A stretch of 13,045 bases of DNA from Paraspadella gotoi (GCA_051294375.1 JBJCIZ010000191.1:1-13045); one strand, 5' to 3'; counted from the stretch's first letter, positions 1 to 9,370 are shown. Notes: generated by a model not told the origin, from the sequence alone. Made by a program: numbers and translations.

Positions 1-130
1 TTTGAAAAATCCCTCTCATAGAATTGGGACCCTTGTCCTCTAGTAAATTTATGTAAAATTTAATGATAATCCGCTTAGCCGTTTGGGCCGCAACTCTTCC
101 AAAAGGTTTCTTTTATTTTATATAGTATTA
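1..130 (+). mobile_element. Possible 3' end remnant of a non-autonomous Helitron-like (Lep1/DINE-like) element
   Basis: The motif order 'aaaattt...gataatccgcttagccgtttgggc...cttttattttatatagtat' resembles, from memory, the 3' portion of insect non-autonomous rolling-circle elements. No database check was possible. Confidence 0.3.
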
Positions 131-1384
131 TAAAATTCGAAAAAACAGCAATGGATTCGAAGAGAAGATAAAGGGAATACATTTTCAGAATCATCTGGAC
201 CTCTACTTTCCGAATATAAGCTTTTTTTAATCCTAATTATAACTTTTGGCCAGTGATCCCAGGCCTTAAAAGCAGATCCGACTAAAAAAGTGAATTCACA
301 TTAGCTATCAAATGAGGTATCTAATTATAGCCTCAAAAGCCTCAAAAGAACCACTTCATTGATAGGGAAGTCAGGTACTGTGGGAGTGAATAAACGAGAC
401 TGTGAGAGAGTCTTGATTGAAAGCTTGCAGGGACCTGCTATGTCATTATCTTGTAAGAGTGATGGAGGCCTTGAACCACCAAAGCCTGTCCAAAGTCAGG
501 GACAAGATAGCTTATTTATTAAATGAATGGATAATTTTTATATTGGTTGTACCAATTTCATAGTTTGCATAAATGATTTAACTTATTTAACTTATTCATC
601 GTTTTTCCTTGAATAATTTTTTTTGGTTTTTTTTTAAATTATTCTGTTTGAGTTTTATATTATTACAACTAAATGATTTAGAGAAACATAATATAGAAAA
701 AACTTAACAAGATGACTGTGTAAGGAGGTTCTCTCCAAAGGCTGATGATGTTCGTCGTTAGTCTTTCATTTTTTTTTAAAAAACCTTTAAAAATTCTTTG
801 CATAATTTTGAATAAAAATTTGGAAGAGAAGGGAAAGCCTTTTGTCGTCGTCCGCTTCGAGATTTCTTCCATTTCCTGTCAGGAGATTCGCGGCGCCTGA
901 AGAATTCATAATAGATTGGTTCATTTTAAGGTTTGTGTTGCCAGAAAATTTCCTGGTGGCGCGGGGACTTATTCAAATCAAACTTATTGGCATTTGTACT
1001 AGGCGTAGCAGACTTGAGGATAGTCTAAGGCTGTAATCCGCGCTCGGATTTATATAAATTTTTTTTAGACAATGATTTTGAAATTCGAATAACTATCATT
1101 TATTTTCACCCCACTGATAAATATAGGACGTTCTTCAGTTATAAAAACGGTTGGCTATAGTTATCTTTTCCTTATAAACATCGAGCACACTAGTTGAATT
1201 TCTATGCCTTCAAAAATACGGTAAGACATGATTCTTCAATCAATCTCGTTATCTGCTTAATTTAAGAAAGAAAGTACATGGCGATTTTTCATGGTAAGCA
1301 CAACTTTTAAAGATAAAATTGCTCACTAGGAATTTAGGCGTCAATCAGATTCACAGAACTCTTCAGGATAAAGATGACGCTTAA

Positions 1385-1760
1385 TCTTTTAATTTTTTCT
1401 CTCCCTTTTTCTTTTTTCCTTCTTTTTCTCCCTCTCTGTCACTCTCTCTTTCCTTCCTTCAATCCTTCTTGCTCTCATCCCTTTTCTCTTTCTTCTCCTC
1501 TCTGTCACTCTCTCTAACACTCTTCTTTCCCTCCTTCAATCCTTCTCTCATCCCTTTCTCCTCTCTCTCCTCTCTTTTGCCTTTTTTACTTTATTATTTT
1601 TTTCTTCCTTCTTATCTCTGCTTCTCTTCTTCTCTCTTCGTCTCTCTCTCTCCTTTTCTCTACTTTCAAATCCAATTCCTCTCCCTCTACCTGCTCCTCT
1701 TATTTTCCACTTACACCTCTTTCTCGCTCCACTTCTCTTTTTTCTCTTGTTGTCTTATTT
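1385..1760. repeat. CT-rich polypyrimidine low-complexity tract
   Basis: Almost entirely C/T on the + strand. It has an internal duplication of 'ctctctgtcactctctct...cttcaatccttct' (about 1432-1469 and 1498-1546). Confidence 0.9.
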
Positions 1761-1869
1761 TCGTGACGTGACCAAATAAAAAAGTTTTGAAAGAACTGTA
1801 GTAAAAAAAATTTTGGGCTTCTTAGCGCCAAGATTTTATTTCAATTTTGGTTGCCTAGCAGATTTAGTA

Positions 1870-1916
1870 AATCGACAGATTTTGCGGTAAAATATTTTCC
1901 GCAAAATCTGTCGATT
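1870..1916. repeat. Isolated near-perfect palindrome with 18-bp perfect arms
   Basis: aatcgacagattttgcgg (1870-1887) is the exact reverse complement of ccgcaaaatctgtcgatt (1899-1916). The centre t-aaaatatttt is self-complementary apart from one extra T. Confidence 0.95.
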
Positions 1917-2715
1917 CTCGAGAAAAAAAAAAGATCCTGACGCTTTCCAATTGGGATTCAAAGGATGCTGGTTTTTTTTGAGTTAATCAACGTCAGTATG
2001 TACTTCATCCTTAAAACTAATAAATGAGTTGTAAAAATATTCTCTTTATCAATAAATAAATGCAAGTCACAAAAAGTCACAAATTAAAAAAACGTCTTTA
2101 AAAATTATTTGTGGCTAAACCAAAAAAGTTTTTTTGATAATTTTTAGGTGTTAAAAGCTTATATCAATTGCCTATATTTCTGTTAATTTAAACCAATTTG
2201 AACAATTTTTCGTTTAAGCAAACATTATGCTAAAAACGGAAAATGAAACTTTTTGACTTGCCAACTATTAAAAATTAATTCTATGGCAAACTATAAATGA
2301 TTTTAAGGAATATAAATTAACACCGAGAGGTAAAAAGAAGATAAGGAAGAACGGATTTTCCAAAGTAAAAATTTTTCTCAACTTTCCTTGGCACTCTTAA
2401 TCAGAAGACGAAAGTGAAAATGGACAAGAAATGACGATGATTTTTTTTCATAAATATAGAAAAAATTGTACTTCTGTTATCATTTAGAAACAGGTGGAGA
2501 TGATTTTAACCAATCCTTAGTTTAGCCTCAATTTGTATTGTGGTACAAATTAAATTAATATTGTAAGTAACAACTGAACAATATTGGAAAAAAGTGGTTT
2601 TTTGCTAAATTCGCCGTTTGTAAGCGGAACCGTCTAATGTCCACTAAATGTTTTGTAATTTTATATAATAAAGAAAAAGGAAGAGGAAGATAAGAAAGAG
2701 ACGGAAGGTTGCGTC

Positions 2716-3065
2716 TTTTTATCTTGGCGAGAATAAAGCGAAGGCCAGGCTTCTTTGTGACGTCGTCGTCGTCGTTGTCGTCGGTATCACGCTTTTTATC
2801 TCGCCAAGATATCTTGAGATAAAGCAAAGGCCAGGTTTCTTTTTGACGTAGTTGTCGTCGTTGTCGTCGGCGTCATGATTTTTTATATAAAAACTATTAC
2901 GCTTTTATAGTTTTGGCTGGGACTTACCATTTTTTATCGAGCATGCCAGCGAAGCCGGTCCAGACTCAATATTGTTTTGAGTGAGCTTCTTTGTGACGTC
3001 ATCGTCGTCGCCATGCTTTTTTATATGAAAACTACTACGCTTTTATAGTTTTGGCTGGGACTTAC
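2716..3065 (+). mobile_element. Three tandem partial modules resembling DINE-1/HINE (Helentron-associated) element termini
   Basis: Modules start at about 2716, 2793 and 2930 with 'tttttatc'. Each has a whole or partial short inverted repeat, then '(c/t)ttcttt(g/t)tgacgt' and a (GTC)n microsatellite. A 54-bp tail ending 'ttttggctgggacttac' occurs at 2874-2927 and 3012-3065. The repeats are seen directly; the family assignment is inferred from architecture. Confidence 0.55.
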
Positions 3066-3918
3066 GGTTATTTTTGAAATAAAAATTACTATGAATTACG
3101 ATGAAGTTTTATAAAAGTGTGCGATCATAGTAAGTTAAAAATTTAGATATGGCTTCTCATTTTGAAGTAGCTTTGAAATTTTCATAATACATTTGGATTC
3201 AAGTATTTTTTGTTTGATTTTCCACTTCATTATGATTTATTGCAATATGCAAATTAGATTATAGTACTCATTATAATATCCAAATTAGTATATAAAAATA
3301 CTTTAATCTAATTTACATATTGCAGTAAATAATATTGAAGATGAAATTCATAAAAAAATCTTTGAATCTATAATAAACATGTGAAATTAAAACTCTAAAA
3401 AGGTATCCTAATAGGACTAAAATCCAGAGGTCTTTTAATTATATTCTTTTACCGGCCAATGTAGAATGATGGCAATATTGCTATTGTTAAGTTCCAAAAA
3501 AATCCGACCATAAATATAGAAAATATTAACCAAAATCTTCGGAAAATCCACCCCTTCTTTGGAAGATCTTCGCCATAGAAGATTTTTCCCAAATCCAACT
3601 CCCGGTTGAAAACTCTTAGAATTCCGATCTTAGCTCCTCTTTTACTTTTACTTTAAATAAAAATTTCACCAAAATGGACTAATTCACTTCACCATGATTG
3701 TATCATATTAAAATAACAAAATAAAATGTAAAAAAAAATCGGATTCCTAAATTTGAAGTTTAGTGTAAAATCACAACATATGTTAAATGCGTTTACATTG
3801 TATTGAAGTTGAGAAATCCCTTTATTTTACATATAAAAATTGTGTCTAAAATATTTTCCCGAGCGGATCAGTCCATTTGAATCTAGTGTTTTTACATCTA
3901 TTTTTTACCGGAATTTTT

Positions 3919-3943
3919 NNNNNNNNNNNNNNNNNNNNNNNNN
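3919..3943. other. Assembly gap (25 N)
   Basis: Run of exactly 25 n. Confidence 1.
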
Positions 3944-3964
3944 AAAAGAGAGAGAGCTCGTAGA

Positions 3965-6310
3965 TGTGGATGGTCCAGATGGCGCACTCGTGTCACCAGT
4001 ATTTTTGGATGCACATTTCCCTATTTACAACCCGCACTAAGCCAGCTCCATTATTTTTTTTAGATACAAAAAACACAGATGATTTCATCTTTGTGACACA
4101 GAGTGGCGCCACTGACTCAAGGAGTATTTCTCTAGGGTGCAATAGTGACAGTGATGGGCCATCCGTGTCAAAAACAGTATTTTTGTGTTAACATATCATT
4201 TTCCCGAGATAGACCAGAACTCTCCCCGATTTTTTTTAGATACAAAAAAGATGAATTTTTCATCTTTGTGACAACAGAGTGCGCCCACTGACACGGAGTT
4301 CCTCCTTAAGGGATTGTGAGCGGTCAGTGGGCGCACTACCGTGTCACAAAGCAGTATTTTTGTGGGCTTAATCCCCATATTTAACCCGCACTAAAAAGCC
4401 CCAGCCTTCCGCTCATATTTTTGTAGATACAAAAAGATGATTTTTCATCTTGTGACACAGAGTGGCGCCCACGACACGGAGTTTCTCTAGGGATGTGTGA
4501 CGGTGCAGTGGGCGCCACTCCGTGTCACAAACAGTATTTTTGTGGCTTATCCCCATATTTAACCCCGGACTAAAAAGGCCCCAGCCTTCCCCTATTTTTT
4601 TTAGAATACAAAACAGATGAATTTTCATCTTTGGTGAACAGAGTGGCGCCGCCTGACACGGAGTTTCTCTTAAAGGGATGTGTGACGGTCAGTGGGCGCC
4701 ACTCCGTGTCACAAACAGTAATTTTTGTGCTTATCCCCATATTTAACCCCCGCACTAAAAGCCCCAGCCTTCCCATATTTTTTTAGATACAAAAAAGATG
4801 AATTTTTCATCTTTGTGACACAGAGTGGCGCCCACTGACACGCGAGTTTCTCTAAAGGATGTGTGAGGTCAGTGGCGCCTACTGCCGTGTCACAAACAGT
4901 ATTTTTGGCTTAATCCCCCTATTTAACCCCCTAGCACTAAAAAGCCCCAGCCTTCCCCATATTTTTTTAGATACAAAAAGATGAATTTTCATGCTTTGTG
5001 ACACAGAGTGGCGCCCACTGGACACGGAGTTTCTCTAGGGATGTGTGACGGTCAGTGGGCGTCCACTTCCGTGTCACAAACAGTATTTTTGTGCTTAATC
5101 CCCATATTTTAACCCCCGCATAAAAAGCCCCCAGCCTTCCCCATATTTTTTTTATGAATCAAAGAAAGATGAAATTTTCATCTTTGTGACACAGAGTGGC
5201 GCCCACTGAACGCGAGTTTTCTCTAAGGAGTGTGGACGGGTCCAGTGGGCGCACTCCGTGTACAAACAGTATTTTTGTGCTCTAATCCCATATTTACCCG
5301 CCGCACTAAAAGCCCCAGCCTCCCCATATTTTTTTTTTTAGATACAAAAAAGATGAATTTTCATCTTTGTGACAGCGAGTGGCGTCCACTGAACGGAGTT
5401 TCTCTAAGGGATGTGTGACGGTCAGTGGGCGCCACTCCCGTGTCACTAAATAAGGGCAGTATTTTGTGGCTTAATCCCAATTTAACCCCGGCAACCTAAA
5501 AAGCCCAGCCTTCCCATATTTTTCTTGAGATACAAAAAAAAGATGAATTTTCATCTTTGTTGAACAGAGTGGCGCCCACTGCACACGCGAGTTTCCTCTA
5601 AGGGATGTGTGACAGGTCAGTGGGCGGCCACTCGTGTCACAAACAGTATTTTTTGGTGCTTAATCCGCCATATTTAACCCCGCACTAAAAAGCCCAGCCT
5701 TCCCATATTTTTTTAGATACAAAAAAGATGAATTTTCATCTTGGACACGAGTGGCGCGCCACTGAAACGAGAGTTTTCTCTAAAGGATTGTGTGACGGTC
5801 AGTGGGCGCCACTACCGTGTCAAAACATATTTTGTGCTTAATCCCCATATTTAACCCCCGCACTAAAAAGCCCCAGCCTTCCCATATTTTTTTAGATACA
5901 AAAAGATGAAATTTCATCTTTGTGACACAGAGTGGCGCCCACTGACAGGAGTTTCTCTAAGGGATGTTTTTGTGACGTCAGTGGGCGCCAGCTCCGTGTC
6001 ACAAACAAGTATTTTTTGTGCTTAATCCCATATTTTAACCCCCGCACTAAAAAGCCCCAGCTCCCATATTTTTTTCTAGATACAAAAAAGATGAATTTTC
6101 ATCTTTGTGACACAGAGTGGCGCGCCACTGCAGGAGTTTCTCTAAGGGATGTGGTACGTCAGTGGGCCGCCACTCCGTGTCACAAACCAGTATTTTTGGT
6201 GCTTAATCCCATATTTAACCCCCGACTGAAAGCCCAGCCTTCCCATATTTTTTTTAGATACAAAAAAGATGAATTTTCATCTTTTGTGACAACAGAGTGG
6301 CGCCCACTGA
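3965..6310 (+). repeat. Tandem satellite array, ~180-bp monomer, about 13 copies, each with an internal 28-bp inverted repeat
   Basis: The anchor 'gatacaaaaaagatgaattttcatctttgtgacacagagtggcgcccactgac' recurs at about 4063, 4239, 4426, 4604, 4786, 4970, 5155, 5341, 5529, 5715, 5895, 6079 and 6257 (spacing about 176-188 bp). Copies differ mostly by 1-bp indels. Confidence 0.97.
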
Positions 6311-6796
6311 CGTCACACATCCCTTAGAGAAACTCCATTTTTTTTATTTTGGGGGTATCCCTAAAATTAAAATTTTTTTAATGGTGGGGGGGAAAACGGG
6401 CCCTTTTTGGGGCCCGCCCGGCTTATTTTTTTTTTTTTTTTAAAGTGGGGGCGGGGGGGGTTTAAAATTTAATGGGGATTAAGCACAAAAACTCTGTTTT
6501 GTGCCACGGGTGGCGCCCACTGACCGTCACACATTCCCATATTTTTTAGATACACAAAAGATGAATTTTCATCTTTGTGACACAGAGTGGCGCCCCTGAC
6601 ACAGAGTTTCTCCGGGGATGTGTGACGGTCAGTGGGCGCACCTGTGGTCACAAAGTAAATTCTTTTTTTTGTATCTAAAAAATATGGGGAAGGCTTGGGG
6701 CTTTTTAGTGGCGGGGGTTTAAATTAATGGGGATTAAGCTCAAAAATACTGTTTGTTGACACCGGAGTGGGCGCCAACTGACCGTCACACAATTCC
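6311..6796. repeat. Rearranged end of the satellite with alternating reverse/forward/reverse monomer fragments
   Basis: 6311-6336 is the reverse complement of the monomer spacer. About 6445-6537 is a reverse fragment, about 6535-6654 a forward fragment and about 6647-6796 a reverse fragment. 6337-6444 is homopolymer-rich degraded sequence. Confidence 0.9.
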
Positions 6797-6800
6797 ATTT

Positions 6801-6988
6801 TTACTCTAAAATTACTGCATAATTAATTATGTTTATTAAAAAATTGTATAGATAAATCGAAATTGAAATTTTGTGTGTGGGTAGGAAAGTATGTGGATTA
6901 AGCTGGATATAAATTTTTTTGAATGGAATCGTAGGAAGTGGAAAAGAGTTCCAATTAGAAACCAAAAGACCATTTATTTGAAATTTTT
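6801..6988 (+). repeat. Diverged direct repeat, copy 1 (copy 2 at about 7500-7661)
   Basis: Collinear shared blocks: tactctaa..cataatt..tagat..tgtgtgggta..gct(g/t)gat..ggaa..agtggaaa(a/t)gagtt..cattta(t/c)ttgaa. Confidence 0.7.
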
Positions 6989-7036
6989 AAAGTTTCTCTC
7001 TCTGCTATCTCTCTCTGATGGATTGATTATTGATTG

Positions 7037-7402
7037 ATTGACAACAAATTATGCACATTAACCAAACAATATGCAGTTGACGCCAAATTCTTAAAGTTGA
7101 CCCAAATTATGCCAGTTGACCAATTCTGCCAAAGTTGATCACGCTCTGCATAAGTTGACCAAATTATGCCTGTTGACCAAATTATGCCAGTTTGACCCAA
7201 TTAGGACAGTTAATAAAATTTATGCTATTGACCAATTATGCCGGTTGACCAAATTATCTTAATTGATCACAATTAATGTCAGTTTGACAAATTTGTCAGT
7301 TGACCAAATTATGTCAGTAGACCAAATTATGTCAGTTAACGCAAAATTATGTCAGTTGACGCAAAGATTATGCAAGTTGATTAGATTATGCAAGTTGACC
7401 AA
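7037..7402 (+). repeat. Minisatellite, 18-19-bp unit, consensus near gttgaccaaattatg(c/t)ca, about 19 degenerate copies
   Basis: Regular recurrence of 'agttgaccaaattatg' variants. Confidence 0.92.
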
Positions 7403-7499
7403 GTTAGCTTATTACCACTTAATTATCGATGTGACGAAATCATGTGAGTGGGACAAAAGTCGCATTTACTAAAATATTTTTACTTATTTTACCAATAAG

Positions 7500-7661
7500 T
7501 ACTCTAATTAATCCATAATTGGATGGATAGATTGAGTTCATATTTTTTGTGTGGGTAAAAAAATGTGTAACGATGCTTGATTATAAAGTTTCGGTGGAAA
7601 TGTACGAGTGGAAATGAGTTTAAATGAAAAAATATGAGTCACATTTACTTGAATCTTTTTT
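7500..7661 (+). repeat. Diverged direct repeat, copy 2 (partial third copy at about 8257-8320)
   Basis: Similar to 6801-6988. 'gaaatgagttta(a/g)atg(a/g)aaaaa' also occurs at about 8289-8311. Confidence 0.7.
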
Positions 7662-8465
7662 GAATTTAGTTCATTTGGGTTGTTGCATACTGAAGTTTTA
7701 AACTATTTTTTTTAATATATAAAACAAATGACAAAAAGAAAATTTTAAAAATGTGATTTTTTTAATGAACGGGTTTCTTGTAGAGCTTAAAAAGTTTATG
7801 AAAGTTAGTACTATCATTTTTTTTCAAATTTGACAATATAATTGTCGTTAAAATATGAAAAACACTTTCAATAAAATATCATCATCATCATTATTGGCTG
7901 AATTTTATTTTTTTTAATTTTTTATTATAAACTAAAAAATTAAAAGTTTGTATTAATAAACTTATATCTAACTTCTTAAGCTCTATCAGAATCTATAAAA
8001 AAAATTGATAAGCAAAATTTTTAAAACAATCATTTTCATATATAGGTCCCTTACCATTAACATACACTTGAGTTCATTCACTGCCTACAAATTAGAGCGC
8101 ACACAACTTAACTTTTTATAAGCTTCCTAGTTCTCTTTTAAAAATTTTTTTTTCCTTTTTACTACTAAATCGATTTTTCAATGCTACACTTTTTGAATTA
8201 GTTCATTGGGTTGTTGCACTGAAAGCTTTTTAATATTTATAATATATAATAAGTATATAAAAGATTTTGGAACGGAATTGTGCCAGGTGAAATGAGTTTA
8301 GATGGAAAAAACAATAGTCTTAATGATACTTTAATATTAATGATTACCTAATCAAATGTTTTAATTATGATTTAGGATTAATAATTATTAATTAACTGTG
8401 AAAAAATAGAGTGCAGTTAACAAAATATCTAATAAGGCATAAAGATCGTCGCCAATTAGTAATAA

Positions 8466-8532
8466 AGAGAGAAAGAGAGATGAGAGAGAGAGAGCAGAGA
8501 GAGAGTAAGAGATGAGAGAGACAAGGAGAGAC
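8466..8532. repeat. Imperfect (GA)n microsatellite
   Basis: agagagaaagagagatgagagagagagagcagagagag... Confidence 0.9.
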
Positions 8533-8908
8533 ATAAATAAAATAAGGATATTTGTTTGTTTTGATAAAATGCAAACAAAACATATTTAATAACTGTCCTA
8601 ACCCAATTGTAAGGACATCCGATGATGATAGAGTTGAATATAAATTTAAAATAATTATTACATATTAAATATTAATTAACTTAATTAATGTAATTAAATT
8701 AATTATCGTAGGCAGATCTACATTGTTTGCTCAAACTATTTATTTATATTTAAGGTTAGTGAAAAACAACCTGCATCAGGATCGAACGCAGATCTTAGTT
8801 AAAAGAATTAAGTCTTATATTCGAAACTACATTACAAATTGAAATAATATAAAATTACGAAATTATCATTAGTGGATGTTTTTAAACTCCTCAAATCTGC
8901 TTTTTTTT

Positions 8909-8965
8909 TGGTTCAATGGTAAGGAGGGCGACTTTCGTCATCTAGGTCGAGAGTTCGGCATCTCC
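8909..8965 (+). pseudogene. Degenerate tRNA-like or tRNA-derived SINE head
   Basis: A-box-like tggttcaatggtaag (8909) and B-box-like gagagttcggcatctcc (about 8949-8965) lie at tRNA-like spacing, followed by a T run. No complete cloverleaf can be drawn. Confidence 0.35.
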
Positions 8966-9007
8966 AAATCTCTCTTTTTTTATATAAAAAAATAAATTTT
9001 TTACAGC

Positions 9008-9115
9008 TTTTGTGGCGCCCAGTGGCGCCCACAACGTGTCACAAAATAATTTTTGATTGTTGTGCTAATCCCCATATTTAACCCCCCACTTAAAAGCCCC
9101 AGCCTTCCCCATATT
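9008..9115 (+). repeat. Solo, internally deleted copy of the 180-bp satellite monomer
   Basis: tttgtggcgcccagtggcgcccac..cgtgtcacaaa..gtgctaatccccatatttaaccccccacttaaaagccccagccttccccatatt matches the monomer but lacks the hairpin centre. Confidence 0.9.
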
Positions 9116-9257
9116 AACCAAAAAAATCACTATTTTTTTTTAAAAAACCTGAAATTGAAAGGATCGAACTTGAAACCTAGATCTTCGTGTATTGGAAAAT
9201 AAGGAAGAATTTTTCTTACATTTGTGAGAACGTAAGAACGTAAGATAAATTGGTGGG

Positions 9258-9273
9258 GAAGAAAGAAAGAAAA

Positions 9274-9305
<32 letters not shown>

Positions 9306-9370
9306 AGAAAAGAAGAAAGAAAGAAAAAAAAAGAAAAGACGATCTAGAGAAAGAGAAAACAAGAAAGAAA
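9258..9370. repeat. (GAAA)n microsatellite at the outer end of the left arm
   Basis: gaaagaaagaaa... imperfect run. Confidence 0.9.

Noticed and set aside
678-1036. Two 64-aa ORFs in a mildly GC-richer patch
   Set aside because: Short, on opposite strands, with no recognisable domain or convincing splice structure.
1469-1771. 100-aa S/L/F-rich ORF
   Set aside because: By-product of the stop-free CT tract. The same applies to ORFs at 8392, 9130, 11984, 12802 and 12821 in GA/TTTC-rich sequence.
2555-2827. 90-aa ORF with a poly-Asp stretch
   Set aside because: The acidic run is the (GTC)n microsatellite of the repeat module, and the start is non-ATG.
3532-3586. Short inverted motifs aaaatcttc / gaagatcttc / gaagatttt
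   Set aside because: Only 9-10 bp in AT-rich DNA, with no TSD or second copy.
3965-6310. CRISPR array (28-bp palindromic repeats with 28-bp spacers)
   Set aside because: Spacers are the same in every unit, the repeats alternate in orientation, there are no cas genes and the context is eukaryote-like.
3965-6310. Satellite-encoded hammerhead ribozyme (as in newt, cricket and schistosome satellites)
   Set aside because: No CUGANGA core in the consensus on either strand (CTGACAC and CTGACCG instead).
3840-6651. ORFs at 3840, 3964, 4196, 4413, 4570, 5230, 5932 and 6469
   Set aside because: They are translations of satellite monomers or span the N gap, and frames are not preserved between copies.
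7263-7472. ORF with repeated VDQIMS peptide
   Set aside because: Translation of the 18-bp minisatellite, and indels break the frame in neighbouring units.
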